A stretch of DNA of 52,426 nt from assembly GCA_963721455.1 (NCBI GenBank), contig CAVRJG010000012.1, positions 1 to 52,426 of the forward strand, in the 5' to 3' direction. A model generated the notes under the pieces. That model had not been told where the DNA came from. It saw only the letters and a list, made by a program, of their open reading frames with translations, and searched no databases. This document shows positions 32,506-42,312 of the stretch, one piece after another; position 1 is the first letter of the stretch; the number at the start of each line of letters is the position of its first letter. The stretch comes from an uncultured Methanosarcinaceae archaeon. GTDB lineage: Archaea > Halobacteriota > Methanosarcinia > Methanosarcinales > Methanosarcinaceae. Both the position numbers and the translations under genes were made by a program.

Positions 32506-33732
32506 TTAGTCATGTATATTGTTTTGCGGCTCAGTTTTCCTTAAAGCCTGCCTTATCATGGCCAACCTTTGCTCAAAGTCAGGCCCTTCAAGCTCTTTTG
32601 CCACAGCTTTGAGCAGATCAGGGATTTTCAGACTCTGGGGACATTTCTCCATACATTGACCACACTCAGTACATAGAGAAGCAAATCCTCCGGGCTCGGT
32701 GTCTGTGAATGCTCCGCTCATACGCATTGCATACGCGAATTTGGAGCCGTCCACGTTACCGAACATATGCAGGTTATTGTAAATATCAAAGCATTCAGGG
32801 ATGTTCACTCCTGAAGGACAGGGCATGCAATACAGACAGCCAGTACAGCCAATCTTCACGAGCTGACGGTATTTTTGCTCCACTTTCTTTACGAGCTGCA
32901 GTTCGGCTTCAGTCAATGAGTTAGGATAGGCTTCATCTGCTGTTTTCAAGTTCTCCTCTATTTGGGCTTCCTCATTCATGCCCGAAAGCACAGTTGTGAC
33001 TTCGGGATGGTTCCAAACCCAGCGAAGTGCCCATTCTGCTGGTGTATGTTTTACGGATGCTTCGTTCCAGATTTCTTTAACTTCAGGGGGAACTCGATTG
33101 GCCAGATTGCCTCCGAGCAGAGGTTCCATGATAATAATGCCCAGGCTCCTTGAAGCCGCATGTTTAAGCCCTTCCGTTCCTGCCTGGTGCTTCTCATCCA
33201 TGAAATTATACTGAATCTGACAGAAAGTCCAGGGATATGCATCGACAATTCGTTTGAAATCCTCAGTTGAGCCATGGAAAGAAAAACCTGCATTGACAAT
33301 ACGTCCATCGGCTTTTGCCTTATCAAGGAAATCGGTCGCACCAAGAGGCTCAAGTTTATCCCACACTTCTCCTGCGAGACCATGGACTAGATAATAATCG
33401 ATATGGTTCGTTCTAAGTCTCTCTAACTGGGCATTGAGGAATCCATCCATATCTTCGCGGCTTTCTACGAGCCAGGATGGAAGCTTTGTGGCAAGTTTAA
33501 CCTTTTCTCGGTATCCGCCAGCAAGGGCTCGGCCAAGGAAAGGCTCGCTTTCTCCCATATGATACGGCCAGGCTGTATCAATGTAATTTACTCCGTGGTC
33601 GATTGCATAATGCACCTGTTGTGTGGCTCTTTTTTCATCTATAGTCCCATCTTCTTTGATAGGAAGGCGCATGCACCCGAATCCCAATACTGAAAGTTCG
33701 TCTTCATTTTTAGGCACTTTTCTGTACAACAT
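32506..33732 (-). CDS. Aldo/keto reductase with C-terminal 4Fe-4S domain
   Basis: LGFGCMRLP, NYIDTAWPYH, LATKLP, CTGCLYCMPCP and CTECGQCMEKCPQ motifs. Confidence 0.9.
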   Translation of the reverse strand: MLYRKVPKNEDELSVLGFGCMRLPIKEDGTIDEKRATQQVHYAIDHGVNYIDTAWPYHMGESEPFLGRALAGGYREKVKLATKLPSWLVESREDMDGFLNAQLERLRTNHIDYYLVHGLAGEVWDKLEPLGATDFLDKAKADGRIVNAGFSFHGSTEDFKRIVDAYPWTFCQIQYNFMDEKHQAGTEGLKHAASRSLGIIIMEPLLGGNLANRVPPEVKEIWNEASVKHTPAEWALRWVWNHPEVTTVLSGMNEEAQIEENLKTADEAYPNSLTEAELQLVKKVEQKYRQLVKIGCTGCLYCMPCPSGVNIPECFDIYNNLHMFGNVDGSKFAYAMRMSGAFTDTEPGGFASLCTECGQCMEKCPQSLKIPDLLKAVAKELEGPDFEQRLAMIRQALRKTEPQNNIHD

Positions 33733-34141
33733 CTTTCTTTCTCCTATGACTTCTCAAACGAATTCATGCTACGCTTTTTCCATTGTTAGTTCAGTGATGT
33801 TTGGATTCTTTCTGATCGACTGATCATTTATCTTTTTTGAATTTTTCATTCCGATTTTTGCTAAAATCTATTATATGTTATTTGTACCAAATCATGTAGT
33901 ATTGGATTTAATATGATAAAGTTATAAATTATTTTATAATCAAGTAATGTTCATTTTCCAATACTGTAATATATTTCTATACGCATTTGTGTAGATTGTA
34001 ACAACTCGTCCCCATATCAATAAGGTAATTTGAATAGTTGAGAAACCGATAATATGTTGAAGACCCAATCGGTTGGAGTCTTTAATCCTTAAGGGCCTAA
34101 GCCAGGGTGGGATTGATCTCCCCGCCCGTACTTTTCATTAA

Positions 34142-34272
34142 GAGCCTATCCGAAAAGTGGTTACCTGCTATAACTTTTACAATATGCAATATGCAAAACC
34201 GGAACGGATACTCGGATATTATAGACCTATTGTAAAATTTACAACACCATGATTGGCTTTTTGTGTAGGCTC
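34142..34272. mobile_element. 131-bp MITE with IS5-like ends and TTAA flanks
   Basis: TTAA|GAGCCTATCCGAAAAG ... CTTTTTGTGTAGGCTC|TTAA. A partial second copy ends at ~34774. Confidence 0.75.
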
Positions 34273-34373
34273 TTAATCGATTTTGTCCGTGAGTTGTCCA
34301 TCAAATACGAAAAATTGATTAAAAGTGATAAGTCAGTTTAAAAACAGTGGCATGTTTTAGATTCTAGCTGAAA

Positions 34374-34673
34374 TTATTCCGATGGCAAATATCCATTGAC
34401 TATTACTGATTTTGTGATCGTAGAGTTCTCTCTGAAGGGTGCAATCTTCAGGTATTCCGCCGAATTAAAGCAATTTCTTAACTGTTCTTCGGTTTCAAAC
34501 TCAATCATGACTATTCTCTCGGGATTCCAATTTCCAAACATTGGAATAACCTCACCTCCCCTAACCAGATACCTGCCTCCGTACTTTTTTACAATTTCGG
34601 GAACTTTTTCAACATATCTGGTATACAGTCCATGATTCATGACTTTGATTTCGATTATCATATAAACGGGCAT
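34374..34673 (-). CDS. DUF1330 domain protein
   Basis: MPVYMIIEI...KYGGRYLVRGG...RIVMIEF...FNSAEY...R pattern. Confidence 0.85.
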   Translation of the reverse strand: MPVYMIIEIKVMNHGLYTRYVEKVPEIVKKYGGRYLVRGGEVIPMFGNWNPERIVMIEFETEEQLRNCFNSAEYLKIAPFRENSTITKSVIVNGYLPSE

Positions 34674-35102
34674 TTTTTTCCTTCCTTCTCGCAGACAATT
34701 AAATGAGCTATCCAGCCGAAATTGCTGTGACCTATATCTTTACAACATTCATTATTGACTTTCGGATAGGCTTTAAGCTTTAAGGCCCGCTACGAGAGTG
34801 TGCTTATCTTCTAGGATGTGAAAAACGCCTAATCTTATTGGTTTTAATCTTCGGATTCAGGTTCAAGAAAAGGTAGAGGGGACCTGCTGAAAATTGTAAG
34901 CAGAAGGGTGGCTTCAGATCTGACCAAACAAGGCGAAAGTGTTCATTTTTTTAGATTTGAGAAGTAATTTTTCCCCACTGCCCTTTCGCTTTGACTTCCT
35001 TTATTGCTTTATTGCATTCTCTGTAGTTGCATTCTCATTAGTTGTGTTCCCTGTTATTGAATTATCGGCAGTTGCACCCTGACTTTGACAGTTAGATAAA
35101 AA

Positions 35103-35280
35103 GGCTCTTCGCTGTTTCGAGTGGGTAATTTACATCCATTTATAACTATGGAAGTAGCATGCATAAAATTTAGAAACGTTTGTTGTTGAAAATCACAGTC
35201 AAACTCGATGTTTTTCATTTTGGCCGGACAACTGTCTAACTAAACAATTATTTTCAACCCATACAAAACAGCGAAGAGCC
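35103..35280. mobile_element. 178-bp MITE (GGCTCTTCG family), inverted relative to the other two copies
   Basis: Perfect 15-bp TIR GGCTCTTCGCTGTTT. Nearly the exact reverse complement of 48075-48252. Confidence 0.9.
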
Positions 35281-35427
35281 TAAAAGATTATATATTCATA
35301 AGTTTTGTCAAATCCATTTAAGCTAAAAATAGGATCTATTTTCACTATGAATTAGTGGATACTGTCAAACTTAGGAAACAGAAGACAGGATTCGATCTTT
35401 ATCGATAATATTATATACGTAAAGTAC

Positions 35428-35447
35428 ATATCAATATATGCTGATAT
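35428..35447. promoter_or_regulatory. Probable ArsR-type operator ATATCAATATATGCTGATAT
   Basis: 18/20 identical to 41276-41295 and located just downstream of the TTATATA box at 35411. Confidence 0.65.
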
Positions 35448-35508
35448 AATCGGGAAGGACTAATTATCTCTACAAATTGGATGAAAAACCTTAAAGAAGG
35501 ACCCCAAA

Positions 35509-36480
35509 ATGGTTGACGTATTCTATCCTCTTCAATGGATTGCTGACAAACTAACATATGAGGTGTTCGGGATTGCACCTGATACGCACCTTGCAGCCAG
35601 TATTGACTTTATTATTTATGATGTGCTGAAGATTCTAATCCTGCTCGTTGTGATGATCTTTGCCATCTCCTACATCAGAACCTATATCACCCCGGAGAAA
35701 ACCCGAAAAGTTCTCGGCGGCAAAAAAGGACTGCAGTACCATCTGCTGGCCTCCCTGATAGGAACAATCACCCCTTTTTGTTCGTGTTCGTCCGTTCCAA
35801 TCTTTATAGGGTTTGTGGAAGCCGGAGTTCCTCTAGGAGTTACTTTCTCCTTCCTTATTACCTCCCCTCTGGTAAACGAAGCCGCGGTTGCTGCGCTGTG
35901 GGCCACTATTGGCCTTAAAGCAACTTTAATTTATGTGATCTCAGGCACTTTGCTTGGTGTGTTTGGTGGGTATTTAATAGGCCTCCTGAAAATGGAAAAC
36001 TACGTGGCTGATTTCGTTTACAAGATCAAGGTAGGAGGTCAGACCAAAAAGCCGGAAGATCTGAATATAAAAGAAAGGGCTACTATCGCCTATGAAAGCG
36101 TTAAGGATATAGTGGGAAAAGTCTGGATATATGTGATTATCGGAGTCACTCTGGGCGGAATCTTCCATGGCTATGCACCCGAAGGCATCCTGGAAAAATA
36201 TGCAGGCAAGGACAATCCGCTTGCCGTTCCAATTGCAGTTCTTATAGGGGTGCCTCTTTACTCGAACGTTATGGCCATGATCCCTGTTATAGAAAGCCTG
36301 ATCGGTAAAGGGCTTCCAATAGGGACTGCCCTGGCTTTCCTTATGGCCGTTAATGCGATTTCCCTTCCCGAAATTATAATCCTGAAAAAGGTGCTTAAAA
36401 ACAGGCTGATAGGGGTTTTTGTTTTAATTGTTACAGTATCTATCATTTTTACGGGATATCTATTCAACATTATTCTGTGA
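35509..36480 (+). CDS. arsP: ArsP/DUF318 family permease
   Basis: TPFCSCSSVP, GVPLGVTFSFLITSPLVNE, IGVPLYSN and GTALAFLMAV-AISLPE motifs. Confidence 0.85.
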   Translation: MVDVFYPLQWIADKLTYEVFGIAPDTHLAASIDFIIYDVLKILILLVVMIFAISYIRTYITPEKTRKVLGGKKGLQYHLLASLIGTITPFCSCSSVPIFIGFVEAGVPLGVTFSFLITSPLVNEAAVAALWATIGLKATLIYVISGTLLGVFGGYLIGLLKMENYVADFVYKIKVGGQTKKPEDLNIKERATIAYESVKDIVGKVWIYVIIGVTLGGIFHGYAPEGILEKYAGKDNPLAVPIAVLIGVPLYSNVMAMIPVIESLIGKGLPIGTALAFLMAVNAISLPEIIILKKVLKNRLIGVFVLIVTVSIIFTGYLFNIIL

Positions 36481-36564
36481 GACTGAAGTATTACTGAAGC
36501 TTGAAAAAGACAGAAAAAATGTCCAAAGACCAAAAAGCAAAAACCAAAACACGAGGTTGAAAAC

Positions 36565-36798
36565 ATGAAAATCGAAATTCTTGGAACCGGCTGTTCAAAA
36601 TGCAAGAAAACAAAGGAATCCATTGAAAGAGTATTAAAGGAAACTGGTGTTGAAGCCGAAGTCGTTAAAGTCGAGGACTTTGAAACGATCCTGAACTATG
36701 GTGTTATGGTCACCCCAGCAGTTGTTATCGATGGCGAAGTGAAGCTTGCAGGCAAGGTTCCTGATGAAAAAGATGTCAGGAAGTGGATCACCGAATAA
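36565..36798 (+). CDS. Small thioredoxin-like protein (MTH895 / redox-active disulfide protein 2)
   Basis: MKIEILGTGCSKC...YGVMVTPAVVIDG...GKVP. Confidence 0.92.
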   Translation: MKIEILGTGCSKCKKTKESIERVLKETGVEAEVVKVEDFETILNYGVMVTPAVVIDGEVKLAGKVPDEKDVRKWITE

Positions 36799-36920
36799 AA
36801 ATAATAAATAAATTGCCTTTAAATATTCTGGTCATGGGTGTGAATTATTGAAAACCGTAAACACAAGAATCTCTCTACATTTTCCTCAAATACAGGAGAT
36901 GTACTCGCTTTTCCGGAATT

Positions 36921-37196
36921 TTGTCCGTCGCCCCAAAAGGCCAGGGTACGGAAATAATTCTCCATGTGCCCAACGCCGCAATGCAGTGCGAGGCCGAAGC
37001 AAAGCGGCAGGCCGGACTCATAGGTAAAACCCCCGCCTTGATGTTTAAAGTCGATGATTGCAAGAAGACGTGCGATGATCTAAAATCGAAGGGCGTAATG
37101 ATAGTAGAGGAGCCGGGAAAGGCGCCTTACGGTATCCAGGCGCTCATTGTAGACCTGTATGGAAACCCGCTGTGGCTCATAGAGCATCCCAAGTGA
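36921..37196 (+). pseudogene. VOC/glyoxalase family protein, N-terminally truncated
   Basis: FKVDDCKKTCDDLKSKGV...PYG...DLYGNPLWL C-terminal module. The first beta-alpha unit is missing. Confidence 0.6.
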
Positions 37197-37297
37197 AAAA
37201 AAAACCATATAATGAGCTCATCCCAAAACAAACTTTATCTTCACATCCATTAGAGTTTCAGAATCATTTTCATAACCAGAAAATCAAAGGTGACATA

Positions 37298-37612
37298 TTG
37301 ACCGAAATTACCGTAAATTCCAATATCTGTGATTTTGTTCACAAAATCCACGGAAACAGAACAGGAAACAAAATCATTGTTGACATCGAAACTCCGTGTG
37401 AAAAGATAAAGAAAATTTCTCACATGGAAATTCCCATGATGGAAATCCTGGACATTAAGAATAACTACGTGATTGATAGGGCACAGGAAGCAAAGTGCTG
37501 CTCAAATTGCCTTGTACCCTGCGCAGTACTCAACCTCTGCAGACTGGAAGGCGGCTTCCTTGCAAAATCCCTGGCAAAAAAAGCAGGCAGCATCAGTATC
37601 GTATTCGATTGA
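37298..37612 (+). CDS. Cys-rich conserved hypothetical protein (DUF6951-like), TTG start
   Basis: GGTGA SD, then TTG; MTEITVNSNICDF...TPCEKI...KCCSNCLVPC...EGG. Confidence 0.7.
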   Translation: MTEITVNSNICDFVHKIHGNRTGNKIIVDIETPCEKIKKISHMEIPMMEILDIKNNYVIDRAQEAKCCSNCLVPCAVLNLCRLEGGFLAKSLAKKAGSISIVFD

Positions 37613-37825
37613 AAAAAGAAAGGATCTTTGTAAATACTGATTATATATGATCAAGATGATATCATAAAATGATATGAAGGGGAAAATCTCAGCCGAGTTA
37701 ACCTTTCACCTGTTTCAGTGAGACTCTAAATCAACAGCCAGCTTGACAGCGGGCGATTTCATTCTTCATTCACCGGTCATCTTTTCATTGTTAACAACAT
37801 AATGGAATTCATTTTCCAAATAAAA

Positions 37826-38749
37826 TTAAGATTTGAAACTGGCACCGCCTTTAATAAGCAACTCAACAATATCCTTAAACTCCATTTCTGCCGCAATCTT
37901 CAGAGCAGTGTTGCCATTTTCTTCTTGAATATTAAGGTCGGCACCACTTTTAATGAGCAACTCAACAACATCCTTACGTCCCGTTTGTGCCGAAAACATC
38001 AAAGCAGTAAGGCCGTTTTCTTCTTGAATATTGAGATTCGCACCACTTTCAATAAGCAACTCAACAATATCCTTAAACCCCCTATCTGCCGCATACATCA
38101 AAGCAGTGTTACGATTGTTGTCTTGAATATTTGGATTGGCACCGCCTTTAATAAGCAACTCAACAATACCTTTATGCCCCATTTTTACTGCAGCATTCAA
38201 AGCAGTGTTACGATTTTTGTCTTGAATATTAAGATCGGCACCACCTTTAATGAGCAACTCAACAATATCCTTATGCCCCCTACTTGCCGCACAAATCAAA
38301 GCAGTCTCGCCGTTTTTGTCTTGAATATTTAAATCGGCACCACCTTCAATAAGCAACTCAACAATATCCTTATACCCTACTTTTACCGCAAACTTCAAAG
38401 CAGTCTCGCCATTTTTATCTTGAATATTAAGATCGGCACCACCTTTAATGAGCAACTCAACAATATCCTCACGTCCTATCTTTGCCGCACAAATCAAAGC
38501 AGTGTCGCCATTTTCTTCTTGAATATTGAGATTGACACCGCCTTCAATAAGCAACTTAACAACATCCTTATGCTCCATATCTGCCGCATAAATCAAAGCA
38601 GTTTTACCATATGTGTCTTGTGAATCAATATCAATTTTATTGCTTTTTAGAAATCCCTCTACATTTTCTATCTGCCCAAATCTGCAAGCTTCTACAAATT
38701 CATGGGTTTTATCTTTACCAAATAAATTAGATATAAAGTTCATCAACAC
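37826..38749 (-). CDS. Ankyrin repeat protein (N-cap plus 8 tandem 33-aa repeats)
   Basis: Repeated [29 protein letters not shown]. The 99-bp periodicity is visible at DNA level. Confidence 0.95.
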   Translation of the reverse strand: MLMNFISNLFGKDKTHEFVEACRFGQIENVEGFLKSNKIDIDSQDTYGKTALIYAADMEHKDVVKLLIEGGVNLNIQEENGDTALICAAKIGREDIVELLIKGGADLNIQDKNGETALKFAVKVGYKDIVELLIEGGADLNIQDKNGETALICAASRGHKDIVELLIKGGADLNIQDKNRNTALNAAVKMGHKGIVELLIKGGANPNIQDNNRNTALMYAADRGFKDIVELLIESGANLNIQEENGLTALMFSAQTGRKDVVELLIKSGADLNIQEENGNTALKIAAEMEFKDIVELLIKGGASFKS

Positions 38750-38858
38750 TTCCTCCCAAAATATTTACACATTGTGTTATATACCAAAATTTAGCTATCT
38801 TTGCATTTTTGATTGAAACACAGAAATTCGAGAAATATAACTTTTTTATAACTCAGCT

Positions 38859-39107
38859 TCAGGGAACATATATAATTGTACATTTACATAAGTCATTAAT
38901 TATTCCTTTTTGGAATCGGGAAGTGAGTGCCTTAATAATAAGACATGCAAGGATACCAAATGCAATGCCGAATATAACGATTTCACACCAGGGAAGTTCC
39001 AAAAAAGACATATTACTATAAAGGATAGGCAAATATAAATAACTTAAGAAGTAACATATTGATTTTATTTCAAAACTGCCTTCAACCCCTGTGAACCAAT
39101 ATTTCAT
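38859..39107 (-). CDS. Hypothetical membrane protein or fragment
   Basis: 82-aa hydrophobic ORF in AT-rich DNA. Confidence 0.3.
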   Translation of the reverse strand: MKYWFTGVEGSFEIKSICYFLSYLYLPILYSNMSFLELPWCEIVIFGIAFGILACLIIKALTSRFQKGIINDLCKCTIIYVP

Positions 39108-39288
39108 AGGAGATAAATCAAGATTAACAGAATTAAGTGGTATACAGGGAGTATAAATCCCCTGTAAATACAGCGTTAATTGACTGCAAAACTAAGCTTC
39201 AAGGCCTCTTTTGTTACTATCTCCATTTTTAGTAAACCTGATTATTTTTTCCATCTGATAGCTACTTGAAATCTATTGCCTTTAAGAT

Positions 39289-39588
39289 CTATTTGATAAT
39301 GGAATCGCAAGATTTGCCACTTGCTTTGAACTTCTTCAATAGCGCTAAATCGTCTTTACAAACACTGATTTTCCCTATTTCATCCTCAACAATGATTGAA
39401 AGGAAGGGGAACTTTAGAAAAATGGCATCATTAAGTCGATAATAAACCCATTGTGACTTTTTTTCGGAAACAATAATCTCGGACATTTTCAGCCTATTTA
39501 AATATCTGGAGGCATTGGATTGTTTAACACACAGAACTGCTTCAATGTCACAGACACATAATTCACCGTTTTTCGACATCCTTTTCAC
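39289..39588 (-). pseudogene. arsR: ArsR/SmtB family regulator lacking its N-terminal helices
   Basis: GELCVCDI As(III)-sensing motif, QSNASRYLNRLK recognition helix and WVYYRL wing. The usual FKAL-D--RL-I N-terminus is absent upstream. Confidence 0.75.
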
Positions 39589-39981
39589 AGTGTTAACTTT
39601 GAGGTTATTTCGACAGCTTCATCTTTACAAAAAACCAGGAGCATTCAGTTTCTCCAGAAACAGTCAGATAATGAGAAGACTTTTATAAGTCTTAATTCAT
39701 TTCAAAATTCTGAATATCTAGTTGGAAACGATGAGGCTGTTCAAATTTTTCCGTCATATTATAAGAAGAGTTTCTTCTTCTGCAAAATATTTAAGGGTTT
39801 TTAATGTCCTTAGTAAATGAGGTTTATTGGTGTTCATTACCATTCATGAAGCTTATTTTTTACTGCGATTCTCCTGTGAGATATAGCTCCTGGACCTTAT
39901 CTCATCACGCACTGCTAACAAATTATTATTTCAATTAGATATTTAACAGCTTGTTGAGGGAGAACCAAATAAACTCTGATT

Positions 39982-40626
39982 TCAGAAACCGCTGAAATGG
40001 TTCTGATAAACCATATAAAAGCCGACTCCTATAATTACAAAACCTGCAACTTTTTTTAACGGGAAACCATATTTTGAAACTTTCTGAAGCCTTGAGGAAG
40101 AAAAGCTTGCAGAATAAGCAACAAGAAGCATTGGAACGGAAAAGCCTAGGGAATAGATGAGAAGCATTAGTGCTCCATAAACAATCTCACCTGAAACAGC
40201 AACCATTGTGAGGATCGAACCAAGTACTGAGCCGACGCACGGAAGCCAGACAATCCCGAGAGAGATGCCAAGTAAAAACCCTCCGAAAAGGCCCTCTCGT
40301 TTAGAGTTTGCAAGGGATGAAAAGTTTCCAAAAACATTGAAAATATTGAGGTCAAAGAGCAACGCAAAGCCCATCGTAATAAGAAGAATTTCGGCGAAGA
40401 TGTTAAGGTAACCGAGATAAGCCGTGAATGTTGCCCCTAAAATGGAAGTAATGATTCCCATGCAGGTGAAGGAAAGGGACAAACCTGAAACAATCGCAAG
40501 TGGTCTGAACTTTCCCTTCTCAGTTGAGTAAGCAAAAACTGCCGGAATTACGGGCAGGATGCATGGGGAAAGCACGCTGACCACTCCTGCAAAGAAAGCC
40601 GCAATCGGAAGAAAGTTGGAAAACAT
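39982..40626 (-). CDS. ccdA: CcdA/DsbD-family transmembrane electron transporter
   Basis: AGVVSVLSPCILPVIP and WLPCVGSVLG with the two conserved cysteines. Confidence 0.9.
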   Translation of the reverse strand: MFSNFLPIAAFFAGVVSVLSPCILPVIPAVFAYSTEKGKFRPLAIVSGLSLSFTCMGIITSILGATFTAYLGYLNIFAEILLITMGFALLFDLNIFNVFGNFSSLANSKREGLFGGFLLGISLGIVWLPCVGSVLGSILTMVAVSGEIVYGALMLLIYSLGFSVPMLLVAYSASFSSSRLQKVSKYGFPLKKVAGFVIIGVGFYMVYQNHFSGF

Positions 40627-40630
40627 AAAT

Positions 40631-41212
40631 TCACCCCTCTATTTTCCAGGATGAAATAGCTTTCTCAAGAGTTTCTGAAAGGGTTTCTTTATCAGTAACA
40701 CCCAGGAATCTTGCCCCTGTTCTTTCCGAACTTTTGCTGCCGTCCTGCTGCATGTACATGTATTTCCCATCCTCGATGCCTGTAATAATACAGGTATCCG
40801 GAATGACTCTTACTCCGAAAGTTGTTGCAAACTCAGGGTACTCTTTGACATCAATAAGCATAATTGAAGCAGAACCCTGATACATCGGAAGAAGCTCTGA
40901 AAGCACCTGTTCCTGCTCTTGACAGGGAATGCAGCCTTTAGAACCAAGCTTCAACACAACCGGGCCTTTATTGAGAGCTTCATCAATCTGGCTCAGATTC
41001 GTAACTTCAATCAATTCCATTTCGCTGCCTGAATCGCTAACGTTCTTAGTAGTTTCAGCAAGCTCTGATTCGTTGCCGGAATCATCAATATCCGTGCAAC
41101 CTGAGCTAAAGAGAAGAAAACAAAAAATCGCTAAAATAGAGATCGATTTTTTCAAAGAGAATGATGAAAAAGAAATTAGTTCTTTACCTTGTATTCTATG
41201 TAATTGCTTCAT
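40631..41212 (-). CDS. Thioredoxin-family lipoprotein
   Basis: Signal peptide with an FSSGC lipobox, a CIPC active site and the cis-Pro FGVRVIP motif. Confidence 0.85.
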   Translation of the reverse strand: MKQLHRIQGKELISFSSFSLKKSISILAIFCFLLFSSGCTDIDDSGNESELAETTKNVSDSGSEMELIEVTNLSQIDEALNKGPVVLKLGSKGCIPCQEQEQVLSELLPMYQGSASIMLIDVKEYPEFATTFGVRVIPDTCIITGIEDGKYMYMQQDGSKSSERTGARFLGVTDKETLSETLEKAISSWKIEG

Positions 41213-41275
41213 TATAACTCTCCAAAAATATTAGGGTTCTATTTTTTAGCTAAGAAACGAGAAAAGGATTGTAGG

Positions 41276-41295
41276 ATATCAAGATATGTTGATAT
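41276..41295. promoter_or_regulatory. Probable ArsR-type operator ATATCAAGATATGTTGATAT
   Basis: Palindrome TATCAA-N6-TTGATA downstream of a minus-strand TTTATAA box (41314-41320). Confidence 0.7.
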
Positions 41296-41478
41296 ACTCA
41301 AGTATAACAATTATTATAAATATTTTGCTCAAATTACATATGTTTATCAAAAAAATCGGAGAAAGATAACTGGCAGCAATGAGACCAATTAATGAAGTAA
41401 AAGTTCTGTAATCAATCAAACGAGTGAGGAATCAATTTATCAACTCGCAAAAAGACAAACGAAAATGACTGGAAGCTT

Positions 41479-41823
41479 TCATTTCTCACAGCAACAGCAG
41501 TCCTCTTCTTTCTTGTCCTTATCCTTTTCAAAAATTTTGTCGTATATGTTTTCCCCATATATATTCGTCCACCCTATCTGTGAACCCGCAGCAATGAACA
41601 TAGCAACTGCAATTGCTTCAGCAATCTCTTCTTTTGCAGCCCCTGAAGCAACTGCTCTCTGCGAATGCACGTCAACGCCGAATTGGCAGCGCATAAGGAC
41701 TGAGGAGGCGACGGCTATCAATTCCTTGGTTTTGAGGTCCAGATAGCCATCTTTAAAAATGGAATTTCTCATCTGTCCGAGAGCTTCCGAAGTTTCAGGT
41801 AACATTTCGTTCAAAAATGACAT
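41479..41823 (-). CDS. Carboxymuconolactone decarboxylase (AhpD-like) family protein with C-terminal CCCC
   Basis: DGYLDLKTKELIAVA...RCQFGVDVH...AVASGA-KEEIAEAI, ending EEDCCCCEK. Confidence 0.88.
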   Translation of the reverse strand: MSFLNEMLPETSEALGQMRNSIFKDGYLDLKTKELIAVASSVLMRCQFGVDVHSQRAVASGAAKEEIAEAIAVAMFIAAGSQIGWTNIYGENIYDKIFEKDKDKKEEDCCCCEK

Positions 41824-41978
41824 TTCAATATCCCCGATTTTAGAAAAAATGTATTAAATTTATAGTTAAAAATTATTTTAACTTGAAGCGGATATACAAC
41901 CTTTATAATAAGAAATGCTCAGATTATTTTTAAGCTTTTAATCTGAAATAATAAGTTATCAGACATTCTATTGTGTTT

Positions 41979-42131
41979 TTAATGGCCCGGTTTTCTGCAA
42001 AGAGAGGAGTTCCATTGCATACTGCTGCCCCGAGATTCAGGTTTATGTGTGTACAGTAAGTCTTCTTCATCATTTTGTGGATTAGTTTCTGGATTCTCTT
42101 CTTCTGGCACTACATTCTTTTCTTTTTCCAT
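41979..42131 (-). CDS. Unannotated 50-aa acidic small protein
   Basis: MEKEKNVVPEEENPETNPQNDEEDLLYTHKPESRGSSMQWNSSLCRKPGH* with a GGGAGG SD, downstream of the operator at 42216. Confidence 0.55.
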   Translation of the reverse strand: MEKEKNVVPEEENPETNPQNDEEDLLYTHKPESRGSSMQWNSSLCRKPGH

Positions 42132-42215
42132 TTTCCAGCCTCCCTAATTCATTGAATTTTCAAAAACTGATATAAATGATATTAAAGATTCAAATTTTAA
42201 AAACCCTCTGGACGG

Positions 42216-42235
42216 GTATCAAGAATAGTTGATAC
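42216..42235. promoter_or_regulatory. Probable ArsR-type operator GTATCAAGAATAGTTGATAC
   Basis: Perfect 7-bp arms with N6 spacer, adjacent to a TTATAA box. Confidence 0.65.
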
Positions 42236-42312
42236 ATGTTATAATAATTTGGTAATCCATCAATAATAAGTTGATATTTTTCAAAGTCCCATAAATCAAA
42301 GAGCAATTATGC

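Noticed and set aside
37802-38623. Repetitive plus-strand ORFs opposite the ankyrin gene, and a possible DGR
   Set aside because: These are antisense shadows of the 99-bp repeat. There is no reverse transcriptase or template/variable repeat pair in the window.
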